A stretch of DNA of 64,000 nucleotides from an uncultured Clostridia bacterium (GTDB taxonomy: Bacteria; Bacillota; Clostridia; TANB77; CAG-508). This document shows, one piece after another, positions 43,966 to 54,943 of this stretch. Position 1 is the stretch's first letter; every line of letters starts with the position of its first letter. Location: assembly GCA_963931445.1 (NCBI GenBank), contig OZ007016.1, forward strand, positions 129,546 to 193,545, written 5' to 3'. Below the pieces are notes generated by a model, which saw only the letters and a list, made by a program, of their open reading frames with translations, was not told the DNA's origin and ran no database searches. Position numbers and translations under genes: made by a program.

Positions 43966-44301
43966 TTATTCAACTAAAGATTTTATAGTACTCAAAACTA
44001 AATTTATTGCTAAAATAAAAGCATAAGAAAATAAAGAACCTCTAATTAGCTTTTTAGCAACTCTAATTCTTTCTTCATCACCAAAGCTAAATTTTTTCAT
44101 AAAAACTCCAACGCCAACTGCAACTGCTGCAGCAGGAGTTGCAAGTGTAATAAGCCAAGATTTTATAGTTTCAAATGCATAAGTTAATTTTGAAACAAGT
44201 GGAGAAGTTTCCGATATTGCAAAAGAAATATGCATATTACTATAAAGAAATATTATAAATAAAATAATATAAAAAATAAATTTAATTCTAAAAAATCTCA
44301 T
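43966..44301 (-). CDS. small membrane protein (T4SS-associated)
   Basis: 111 aa, two TM segments, SD caggagg. Confidence 0.4.
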   Translation of the reverse strand: MRFFRIKFIFYIILFIIFLYSNMHISFAISETSPLVSKLTYAFETIKSWLITLATPAAAVAVGVGVFMKKFSFGDEERIRVAKKLIRGSLFSYAFILAINLVLSTIKSLVE

Positions 44302-44325
44302 AATTAACCTCCTGTTATAAAATAA

Positions 44326-46203
<1,878 letters not shown>

Positions 46204-46586
46204 AAAGAATCACCTCATATATGATTATTTTGGATTATTAAAATATTTAGATTTTAAAATTAACTTAGAACCTTGAGAATTGTGAAATATTTTATTATTA
46301 AAAAATAAATAAATTGAATAAAGAGTAATAAAAAAATGCAGAATAAAAATTATAAAAAATAAATCAATTAAATTAAATTTAAACACCACCTTCCAATTTC
46401 TACCAATAATACAACAAATTTTTGAATTTGTCTATACTTTTTACAAAATTTATGATAAAATTATTATGGAGCAAAAAAGCATATACAAAAAGCCTAAGTT
46501 ACTTTAAATAAATTTACAAAGTAATTTATTAATTAATAAAAATTATATATTACAATAAGCTAATAAAAGCTTGAAGGGAGGAAAAA

Positions 46587-46772
46587 ATGAAATTTAATAA
46601 AGATACTAAAATTGGAGAGTTACTAGAGGTAGCTCCAGAAAAAGCAGAAATTTTAATGGAAGCAGGTATGCATTGTTTAGGTTGTCCAGCATCACAAGCA
46701 GAAACTTTGGAAGAAGCATGTGAAGTACATGGAATTAATGTAGAAGAATTATTAAATAAAATAAATGCATAA
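46587..46772 (+). CDS. DUF1858 / hybrid-cluster-protein-associated redox disulfide domain protein
   Basis: MHCLGCPAS motif, 61 aa. Confidence 0.6.
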   Translation: MKFNKDTKIGELLEVAPEKAEILMEAGMHCLGCPASQAETLEEACEVHGINVEELLNKINA

Positions 46773-46890
46773 AATGTAAAAAAATATGAAAATTCACACA
46801 AATTCACACAAATTTCACAAATTGTATTGACAAAATAATAAAAATAGTTTAAAATAATACTTGCGTTCACAAAAACGCAAGTTGAAATCT

Positions 46891-46966
46891 GGGTCATTAG
46901 CTCAGGTGGTAGAGCACTTGACTTTTAATCAAGTTGTCCGCGGTTCGAGTCCGCGATGGCTCACCA
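46891..46966 (+). tRNA. tRNA-Lys (anticodon TTT)
   Basis: gggtcattagctcaggtggtagagcacttgacTTTTaatcaag...ggttcgagtccgcgatggctcacca. Confidence 0.85.
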
Positions 46967-47004
46967 ATCCACTAGGACTTGCAAAAGTCCTAGTACAGAT
47001 TTCT

Positions 47005-47079
47005 GGCCCCGTGGTCAAGCGGTTAAGACATCGCCCTTTCACGGCGGAGACATGGGTTCGATTCCCGTCGGGGTCACCA
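47005..47079 (+). tRNA. tRNA-Glu (anticodon TTC)
   Basis: ggccccgtggtcaagcggttaagacatcgcccTTTCacggcg...gggttcgattcccgtcggggtcacca. Confidence 0.85.
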
Positions 47080-47083
47080 AAAT

Positions 47084-47159
<76 letters not shown>

Positions 47160-47162
47160 ATT

Positions 47163-47198
47163 TAAAGCAGAACTGGAATTTTTCTGGTTCTGCTTTTT
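47163..47198 (+). terminator. terminator after the tRNA cluster
   Basis: agcagaactgg...ctggttctgc followed by ttttt. Confidence 0.6.
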
Positions 47199-47213
47199 AA
47201 CTATAATAGGAGA

Positions 47214-47330
47214 TATGAATAAAGAAGATAATTTGATTTTATTATGTCCAAATTGTCATTCTTTAACATCTACTTATAAAGGAGCGAATTTGAATTATGG
47301 TAGAAAATCAAGAAAAAAATATAGTAAATA
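47214..47330 (+). pseudogene. HNH endonuclease remnant (38 codons; C-terminal zinc-knuckle only)
   Basis: MNKEDNLILLCPNCHSLTSTYKGANL... overlapping the start of the SDR gene. Confidence 0.35.
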
Positions 47331-48052
47331 AAGTAATTATAGTAACGGGTGGATCAAGAGGAATTGGCGCAGAGATCGTAAAAACTTTGGCAAAAGAAGG
47401 CTATACGGTTATTCTTAATTATAATAAATCAGAAGAATGTGCTAAAAATGTGAAGAATGAATTAGCTCAACTAGGAATTACTGTAGATATTTTTAAAGCA
47501 GATGTGTCAAAACCAGATGAAGCAATTAATTTAGTACAATATGCATTAGAAAAATATAAAAAAATAGATGTACTTATTAATAATGCAGGAATTTCACAAA
47601 GCAAATTATTTACTGAAATAACTAACGAAGATTGGAATTATATGATAAATAATAATCTTAATTCAGTATTTTATAGTACAAGAGAAGCTGTAAAAAATAT
47701 GATACATAATAAACAAGGATTAATTATAAATATTTCTTCTATTTGGGGAATTACAGGAGCAAGTTTAGAAGTTCATTATTCAACAGCAAAAGCAGGAATA
47801 ATTGGTTTTACAAAAGCATTAGCTAAAGAACTTGGCCCTTCAAACATAAGGGTTAATGCTATTGCACCAGGAATAATTAATACAAATATGAATAAGGAAT
47901 ATAGTGTAGATGAAATAAATAAAATAAAAGAAGAAATACCATTAGAAAGAATAGGTAATGTAGATAGTATTGCAAAGTGCATAAAGTGGATTATAGAAGA
48001 TGATTATACTACAGGGGAAGTTATTTCTATAAACGGAGGATGGCATATGTAA
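47297..48052 (+). CDS. SDR-family 3-oxoacyl-ACP reductase-like oxidoreductase
   Basis: TGGSRGIG, NNAG and the catalytic YSTAK. Confidence 0.8.
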   Translation: MVENQEKNIVNKVIIVTGGSRGIGAEIVKTLAKEGYTVILNYNKSEECAKNVKNELAQLGITVDIFKADVSKPDEAINLVQYALEKYKKIDVLINNAGISQSKLFTEITNEDWNYMINNNLNSVFYSTREAVKNMIHNKQGLIINISSIWGITGASLEVHYSTAKAGIIGFTKALAKELGPSNIRVNAIAPGIINTNMNKEYSVDEINKIKEEIPLERIGNVDSIAKCIKWIIEDDYTTGEVISINGGWHM

Positions 48053-48124
48053 TATTATATAAAAAAATAAAAACTAGAATTATTCAATAATTTTAGTTTT
48101 TATTTTTGAAATATATAGATATTA

Positions 48125-48589
48125 TTATTCTTCAGTTTTTACTTTTCTTTTATAATTGCCAGATATTATTTTTGGCAAATATGTAATTAATTTATAAACA
48201 GCTAAGCGTATTTTTTTACTCCATAAGTATGTTTTTCTTAACTTTCTAGAAACATCTACTTCATTTTCCTCTTTTACTACTAATGAAAGATCAGCTTTTT
48301 CTATAGGAAAAATATAGTTTTGAGAGTCATTATTATCCCATTCATTATTAGAATTTCTAAAACATAAGTTTAAAGAGTCATTAGATAATAATTCTATTTC
48401 AACTTGAAATCCTAATTCTGTTTTTTCCATTTTAATTTCATTTAAATTGTCCCAATTGTTTCCAAATCCATAGTGAATAAATACTTCTTCAGCATTTTCT
48501 TGAAAAAATTTTCCAGTATAAGAAATTTTTACAATTGTATTTTCTATTAATTTATCTGTATTAAAAAATATGTTTTTTACTAATTCCAT
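48125..48589 (-). CDS. hypothetical protein with a possible carbohydrate-binding (starch-binding-like) beta-sandwich domain
   Basis: HYGFGNNWDN...NEWDNNDSQNY aromatic/Asn-rich pattern. Weak. Confidence 0.3.
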   Translation of the reverse strand: MELVKNIFFNTDKLIENTIVKISYTGKFFQENAEEVFIHYGFGNNWDNLNEIKMEKTELGFQVEIELLSNDSLNLCFRNSNNEWDNNDSQNYIFPIEKADLSLVVKEENEVDVSRKLRKTYLWSKKIRLAVYKLITYLPKIISGNYKRKVKTEE

Positions 48590-48701
48590 TTTAAACTCCT
48601 TTTATCTCTAGTTAATAATACATAGATTATATTATTAAAAAATAAAATATTCAATACTTTTTTGAAAAAAAATGTAAAATTTTATACTTTTAAATAAATA
48701 A

Positions 48702-49289
48702 TTAAAAAATTAATCCTGTATTTGTCCCAAGAACTTTACCAATTATATTGTATTTAGTATCTTCAGAAAGAATAATATCAGTAAATTCTTTGTTATCAGC
48801 TCTTAAAACTAATGCATCTTTTCTTACTATGTATCTTCTAACAATAATTTTATTGTCATATTCAAAAACACCAATATCTTTGTTTTCTAAAGGTGAATTA
48901 AATTCTAAAAATGCATAAACTCCTTTTTCTAGTCTTGGTGACATAGAATCATCAGTTATTTTAAAAGCTATTGATGCAGAAGGAAAATCAATTGGACATT
49001 TAATAAAATCATCTAATGAACCAACAGCTAATATTTTATCATATGGTATATGCTCACACATTTTATTATTTCTTTGTTCTTGTGTAATAATCTTATCATA
49101 AGTATACATTAAAGGTTGATAAGGAATTCCTAAAGCTCTACAAATTGCTTTTAAAGCTCTATGACTCGGATTTCGTTCTTCTTTCTCAATATGTGAGATA
49201 TGTCCAACATTAATATTAGTACGCCTTGCTAGTTCTGCTTTTACTATATTTTTTTCCATTCGTATTCTAGATATCATTTCTCCAATCAT
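48702..49289 (-). CDS. XRE-family HTH + S24 peptidase (LexA/CI-like) repressor
   Basis: N-terminal HTH_XRE (ELARRTNINVGHISHIE). C-terminal S24 motif TDDSMSP plus a Lys further downstream. Confidence 0.7.
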   Translation of the reverse strand: MIGEMISRIRMEKNIVKAELARRTNINVGHISHIEKEERNPSHRALKAICRALGIPYQPLMYTYDKIITQEQRNNKMCEHIPYDKILAVGSLDDFIKCPIDFPSASIAFKITDDSMSPRLEKGVYAFLEFNSPLENKDIGVFEYDNKIIVRRYIVRKDALVLRADNKEFTDIILSEDTKYNIIGKVLGTNTGLIF

Positions 49290-49473
49290 TTAAATCAACC
49301 TCTTTCTATAATTTATAACATATATAATTTTATATATATGATTAAACTGCTTTAATTATTATACAAAAAAAGACAAAAAAAGTCTAGTAAAAAAATATTG
49401 TAAAAAGAAAATATATATGGTAATATAGATTTATTAAATTGTATAAAATTTATTAAAAGGAGAAATAGATTTT

Positions 49474-51207
49474 ATGGAAGATAATAGTAAAAATGTAGAA
49501 GTAAAAGGATCTAGTATTGAAGAATATATAAATGAAAAAAAAGACAGTAAAAGAAATAAATCTAAAAAAATTATAATCATAAGTTCAGTATGTATTTTAC
49601 TTTTGGTAGTAATCTCAGTAATTTTTTCGTTAATAAATATAAATAATGAAAAAATATTAAATAAAGTTACAATAATGGGAATTGATGTTAGTAACATGAC
49701 AATAGATAGGGCAAAAGAGGAATTAAATCAAATAATTAACACAAAATTAAATGAAGAATTAACATTAAAAAAAGATAATTATACTACTAATTTAAATGCA
49801 AACCAAATAAATACACAATTTGATATAGAAAAAGCTGTAAATGAAGCATATAACATAGGTAGAGATGGTAATATAATTACTAATAATTATGGAATAATAG
49901 GAACATTATTATTTGGTAGAAACATTGAATGTCAAATAAACTTTAATAATGAAACATTAGATAAAAAGATAAAAGATATTTCATCAAAATTACCAGGTGC
50001 AGTTATTCAAAACAGTTATTATATAGAAGATGAGAAATTGATAATAGTAAAGGGTTCAGCAGGAGATTCAATTAAAGAAGAAGAATTAAAAAATAAAATA
50101 TTAAACAGTATAAAAGATATAAGTCATAAATATGAAATAATAGAAATTCCAACAGAATATGTAAAGCCAGATGAAATTAATTTAGAAGAAATAAGAAAAG
50201 AAATATATAAAGAACCACAAGATGCATATATATCTAAAAATCCAACAACTGTACATACCCATGTAAATGGTGTAGATTTTGCTATATCATTGGAAGAAGC
50301 AAAAAAAATAATATCTGAAGATAAAAAAGAATATAGTATTCCTCTTAAAATTACAATTCCTAATAAAACTTTATCAGATTTAGGAGAAGAAGCATTTCCA
50401 GAAAAACTTGCAACATATACTACAAGATATGATCCAAGTAACAGTAATAGAAGTAATAATATTTCAATATCTTCAAAAAAAATTAATGGAACAATAGTAA
50501 TGCCAGGAGAAGTATTTTCATATAATCAAACAGTTGGGGAAAGAACAATAGCAGCAGGTTATAAGGAAGCTGGAGCTTATGCAGGTGGAAAAGTTGTTCA
50601 AGATGTTGGTGGAGGAATATGTCAAACATCTTCCACATTATATAATGCAGCGCTTTTAGCTAATTTAGAAATTGTAGATAGAAGTAATCACCAGTTTTTA
50701 ACTTCTTATGTTCCGGCAGGAAGAGATGCGACTGTAAGTTGGGGATCTATAGATTTTCAGTTTAAAAATACAAGGACATATCCTATAAAAATTGTAGCTA
50801 GCGCAAAGAATGGTGTATGCACAATGAGTATATATGGAATAAAAGAAGAAACTGAGTATGAAGTAGTAATTCAACCAGCTGTACTTTCATATATACCATA
50901 TACTACTAAATATGAAAATGATGATACATTAGAAGAAGGAAAAGAAGTAGTGGAACAATCTGGTTACACAGGATGTACAAGTGAAACTTATAAAATTTTA
51001 AAATTAAATGGAGAGGTAGTTTTAAGAACACTATTATCAAAAGATACTTATGATCCAATGACTAGAATAGTAAGAAGAGGAACCAAAAAAGATGCTACTG
51101 TAAGTACAACACCTGAAGGTGAAGAAAATAAAGAGCAAGAAGATAAAGAAGACAAGACAGAAAATATTGTAAATGAAGTAATTAATAAAGAAGAAATAGA
51201 GGAATAA
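49474..51207 (+). CDS. VanW-family protein
   Basis: N-terminal TM, then VanW core VQDVGGGICQTSSTLYNAALLANLEIVDRSNH. Confidence 0.75.
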   Translation: MEDNSKNVEVKGSSIEEYINEKKDSKRNKSKKIIIISSVCILLLVVISVIFSLININNEKILNKVTIMGIDVSNMTIDRAKEELNQIINTKLNEELTLKKDNYTTNLNANQINTQFDIEKAVNEAYNIGRDGNIITNNYGIIGTLLFGRNIECQINFNNETLDKKIKDISSKLPGAVIQNSYYIEDEKLIIVKGSAGDSIKEEELKNKILNSIKDISHKYEIIEIPTEYVKPDEINLEEIRKEIYKEPQDAYISKNPTTVHTHVNGVDFAISLEEAKKIISEDKKEYSIPLKITIPNKTLSDLGEEAFPEKLATYTTRYDPSNSNRSNNISISSKKINGTIVMPGEVFSYNQTVGERTIAAGYKEAGAYAGGKVVQDVGGGICQTSSTLYNAALLANLEIVDRSNHQFLTSYVPAGRDATVSWGSIDFQFKNTRTYPIKIVASAKNGVCTMSIYGIKEETEYEVVIQPAVLSYIPYTTKYENDDTLEEGKEVVEQSGYTGCTSETYKILKLNGEVVLRTLLSKDTYDPMTRIVRRGTKKDATVSTTPEGEENKEQEDKEDKTENIVNEVINKEEIEE

Positions 51208-51213
51208 AGTTAA

Positions 51214-51244
51214 AAAAGAAGAACAAAATCAGTTCTTCTTTTTT
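51214..51244 (+). terminator. bidirectional terminator between vanW and tRNA-Lys(CTT)
   Basis: aaagaagaac...gttcttcttttttaa. Confidence 0.55.
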
Positions 51245-51246
51245 AA

Positions 51247-51322
51247 TGGTGCGCCATAGAGGATTCGAACCTCCGACCATTTGATTAAGAGTCAACTGCT
51301 CTACCAACTGAGCTAATGGCGC
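51247..51322 (-). tRNA. tRNA-Lys (anticodon CTT)
   Basis: The reverse complement is gcgccattagctcagttggtagagcagttgaCTCTTAAtcaaatggtcggaggttcgaatcctctatggcgcacca. The 7-nt loop has U33 and anticodon CTT. The top pair of the anticodon stem is a G·A mismatch. Confidence 0.7.
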
Positions 51323-51442
51323 ATAAATTATATATAACATAAATATTATAATTCCTACTAATACATTTGTCAATATTTTTTCAAATTTAAGTTGTAATAA
51401 TATAAAATTTATGTTAATATAGTAACTTGAGGGGTGATAACT

Positions 51443-52393
51443 ATGTTTAAAATGTATAATACAAATATTGAAACAAATATAACAGAAGAAACAGATAAAT
51501 TTATTAGAGGAAATTGGATTAACATGGTTTCACCGAGTGATGAAGAAATAAAAAATATATGTAAAAATGTAAATATTAAGGAAGATTTTATAAGATATGC
51601 ATTAGATCCAGAAGAAAAAGCCAGAATCGATATTGAAGATGATGATAATACAATATTATTTATTATTGATACTCCTATAATGGAAATTGAATCTGGAGCT
51701 AAAGTATATAGTACAACACCTATAGGAATTATATTTGTTAGGGATGACTATATTATTACAGTATCATTAAATAAAAACCCAATTCTTGAAGATTTAATGA
51801 AAAAAAAGTTAAAAACTATAATAACATATAAAAAGAGTAGAATGCTTTTACAAATATTTTATTCAAATGCAGAAATGTTTTTAAACTTATTAAAAAAGTT
51901 AAATAAAGAAACAGAAATAGCAGAAAGTTTTTTAAAGAGCTCAATGAAAAATAAAGAATTGTTAAAACTATTAAATTTAGAAAAAGGGCTTGTATATTTT
52001 ACCACTTCTTTAAAATCAAATGAAGTAGTAATGGAAAAAACAATGAGAGGAAATTTAATTAAATTATATGATGAAGATGAAGACATATTAGAAGATGCAA
52101 TTATTGAAAATAAACAAGCAATAGAAATGGCTAATATATATAGAGACATACTAACAGGAACAATGGATGCATATGCTTCAATTATATCAAATAATTTAAA
52201 CGGAGTAATGAAGTATTTAACTTCAATAACAATTATTTTAGCAATTCCAACTATGATAGCAAGTTATTGGGGAATGAATGTAACTGTACCAATGCAGGGT
52301 AATCCATTTGGATTTTTATTAATAGTAGTTTCATCTTTATTAATAGGAATAATTGCTACATTATGGCTTAAGAAGAAAGGAATGTTAGATTAA
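51443..52393 (+). CDS. corA: magnesium/cobalt transporter CorA. The tool ORF opens at 51434; start taken at MFKMYNT, which follows SD gaggggtga.
   Basis: GMN motif in YWGMNVTVP. Two C-terminal TM helices. Confidence 0.85.
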   Translation: MFKMYNTNIETNITEETDKFIRGNWINMVSPSDEEIKNICKNVNIKEDFIRYALDPEEKARIDIEDDDNTILFIIDTPIMEIESGAKVYSTTPIGIIFVRDDYIITVSLNKNPILEDLMKKKLKTIITYKKSRMLLQIFYSNAEMFLNLLKKLNKETEIAESFLKSSMKNKELLKLLNLEKGLVYFTTSLKSNEVVMEKTMRGNLIKLYDEDEDILEDAIIENKQAIEMANIYRDILTGTMDAYASIISNNLNGVMKYLTSITIILAIPTMIASYWGMNVTVPMQGNPFGFLLIVVSSLLIGIIATLWLKKKGMLD

Positions 52394-52465
52394 AATATAA
52401 ATAATACATAAAATAAAAGACATAAGTTTTAAGAAACTAGTCTAATTTTAAAAGGAGGAAAATAT

Positions 52466-54046
52466 ATGTTAACTGCAACAGGAGTTACAATTAGATTTGG
52501 AAAAAGAACTTTATTTGAAGATGTTAATATAAAGTTTAACAAAGGTTGTTGCTATGGAATTATTGGGGCAAATGGTGCTGGAAAATCTACTTTTTTAAAA
52601 GTTTTATCTGGAGAATTGGAGCCAAGTAAAGGTGAGGTTTCTAAAGAAAAGACAGAAAGATTATCAGTTTTAAAACAGGATCACTTTGCTTTTGAAGAAT
52701 ATACTGTTATGGATACAGTTATAATGGGAAACAATGAACTATACAAAATTATGAAGGAAAAAGAAGCAATTTATGCTAAACCAGATTTTTCAGAAGAAGA
52801 TGGTATGAAGGCTGCAAAACTAGAAGAAAGATTTGCAGAACTTGATGGATGGAATGCAGAGTCAGATGGTGCAGTACTTTTAAATGATTTAGGAATAGAA
52901 CCAGAAAAACATTATAAACTAATGAGTGAGATAGAGCCAAAAGAAAAGGTTAAAGTACTTTTAGCCCAAGCTTTATTTGGAAATCCAGACATATTGCTTT
53001 TAGATGAGCCTACAAACGATTTAGATTTAAAGAGTATAAATTGGCTAGAAGAATTCTTAATTAATTTTGAAAATACTGTAATTGTAGTATCACATGACAG
53101 GTATTTTTTAAATAAAGTTTGTACACATATAGCTGATGTTGATTTTGGTAAGATTAAGGTGTATCCTGGAAATTATGATTTCTGGTATGAATCAAGTCAG
53201 CTTGCATTAAAACAAATGAAAGAGGCAAATAAAAAGAAAGAAGAGAAGATAAAAGAGCTTCAAGACTTTATTGCTAGATTTAGTGCAAATGCTTCAAAAT
53301 CAAAACAAGCTACTTCAAGAAAGAAATCCTTAGAGAAAATAGAATTAGATGAGATAAAACCATCAAATAGAAGATATCCATACATAGACTTCAAGCCAGA
53401 TAGAGAACCAGGAAAAGATATATTAGAAGTGAGAAATATTTGTAAAACAATAAATGGTGAAAAAATATTGGATAAAGTATCTTTTGTAGTAAAGCCAAAT
53501 GATAAGATAGCATTTTTAGCAGATAATGAAAATGCAAAGACAGTATTATTTCAAATTCTAGCAGGAGAAATGGAACCAGATTCAGGAACTATTAAGTATG
53601 GAACTACTATTACGACAAACTATTTTCCAAAAGATAATAATTATTTATTTGAATCAGATTTATCAATAACAGACTGGTTAAGACAGTATTCAAAAGATCC
53701 TGATGAAACTTATGTAAGAAGCTTTTTAGGGAGAATGCTATTTTCAGGTGAAGAAGCTCTTAAAAAAGTAAATGTTCTATCTGGAGGAGAAAAGGTAAGA
53801 TGCGTACTTTCTAAATTAATGCTTTCTGGTGCAAATTTGTTAATATTTGATGAACCAACTAATCATTTAGATATGGAAAGTATTACAGCATTAAACGAAG
53901 GTATGAGCAAATATAAAGGAATTATATTATTTACTTCACATGATCATCAATTAACACAAACAGTTGCTAATAGAATAATAGATTTAAAGACAGATAAGTT
54001 AGTTGATAGGGAAGTAACTTATAATGAGTACTTAGGAATAGAATAA
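52466..54046 (+). CDS. ABC-F family ATPase (EttA/Uup/YdiF-like, two ABC domains, no TM)
   Basis: Two Walker A motifs (GANGAGKST and the second-domain equivalent). Signature LSGGEKVR. Inter-domain linker. Confidence 0.85.
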   Translation: MLTATGVTIRFGKRTLFEDVNIKFNKGCCYGIIGANGAGKSTFLKVLSGELEPSKGEVSKEKTERLSVLKQDHFAFEEYTVMDTVIMGNNELYKIMKEKEAIYAKPDFSEEDGMKAAKLEERFAELDGWNAESDGAVLLNDLGIEPEKHYKLMSEIEPKEKVKVLLAQALFGNPDILLLDEPTNDLDLKSINWLEEFLINFENTVIVVSHDRYFLNKVCTHIADVDFGKIKVYPGNYDFWYESSQLALKQMKEANKKKEEKIKELQDFIARFSANASKSKQATSRKKSLEKIELDEIKPSNRRYPYIDFKPDREPGKDILEVRNICKTINGEKILDKVSFVVKPNDKIAFLADNENAKTVLFQILAGEMEPDSGTIKYGTTITTNYFPKDNNYLFESDLSITDWLRQYSKDPDETYVRSFLGRMLFSGEEALKKVNVLSGGEKVRCVLSKLMLSGANLLIFDEPTNHLDMESITALNEGMSKYKGIILFTSHDHQLTQTVANRIIDLKTDKLVDREVTYNEYLGIE

Positions 54047-54069
54047 AATACAGAAAAAACATACAAATA

Positions 54070-54108
54070 AAAACTAGACTTAACATATTGTTCTAAGTCT
54101 AGTTTTTT
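54070..54108. terminator. bidirectional terminator between the ABC-F and DUF4352 genes
   Basis: aaaactagactta...taagtctagtttttt. Confidence 0.6.
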
Positions 54109-54118
54109 CTAATTGTTT

Positions 54119-54793
54119 TTAGTCTATAACAAAAGTTATTTTTGAATTATCGTAAGAATTACGAGTATATTCTATTTCTATTGACTTAGCATCTTTAGGC
54201 ACTTCAAAATATACTGTTCCTCTAGCCTTTTTTCCTTCTGGTATTGTTTCATTAAAATAGCCATTTTCAACAGAATAAAAAGCATCACAAGAGAATTTGT
54301 CAGCATAACATTTAAAATTTGAATATGATATATATTTTGAATAGTCATCTGTGTTTTCAAATTCAAAATTTGCTTGTAAAATATTACAATCTTCATCAAC
54401 ATAAGCATAATCATAATAATCTTCAAAATATTTATCTACTGATACCAATGTTACAGTAATATCATCTAAAGTTGCTGAATCTCCTACCAAACATGTTTTA
54501 TCTATTACCTGAACTTCTTCACTTAAAGAATTGATGCTGTTTGTTACTGTATTTGAAACATTATCAAATATGATGAAAACAAAAACTGTAATTAAAATAC
54601 AAATAAATAAAGCAATAGTAGAAAGAACTATTCCAGCTATTGAAAGCCCTCTTGGTTCTTTTTTCTTAGATTTTATTACTAAATCAATTATTCCTAATGT
54701 TAGTGCTAAAATAGCAGGTAGAATTAGTAATATATTTAAAAATGGTGATAATATTAAACAAGTTAATCCAATAACAAATGAAGCAATTCCCAT
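54119..54793 (-). CDS. DUF4352-domain membrane-anchored protein
   Basis: Two N-terminal TM segments, then a beta-rich domain ending KARGTVYFEVPKDAKSIEIEY. Confidence 0.5.
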   Translation of the reverse strand: MGIASFVIGLTCLILSPFLNILLILPAILALTLGIIDLVIKSKKKEPRGLSIAGIVLSTIALFICILITVFVFIIFDNVSNTVTNSINSLSEEVQVIDKTCLVGDSATLDDITVTLVSVDKYFEDYYDYAYVDEDCNILQANFEFENTDDYSKYISYSNFKCYADKFSCDAFYSVENGYFNETIPEGKKARGTVYFEVPKDAKSIEIEYTRNSYDNSKITFVID

Positions 54794-54943
54794 AAAATAT
54801 CCTCCTTTATTTTTAATTTAAAAATATTATATAATATTTTTAGACAAAAAACAACATTTGTATAAATGAAAGAAATAGTGATATAATAAAATGCATGTTT
54901 TATTACTAAAAAGTAATGTGAATATAAAAGAAAGGAAAAAACA

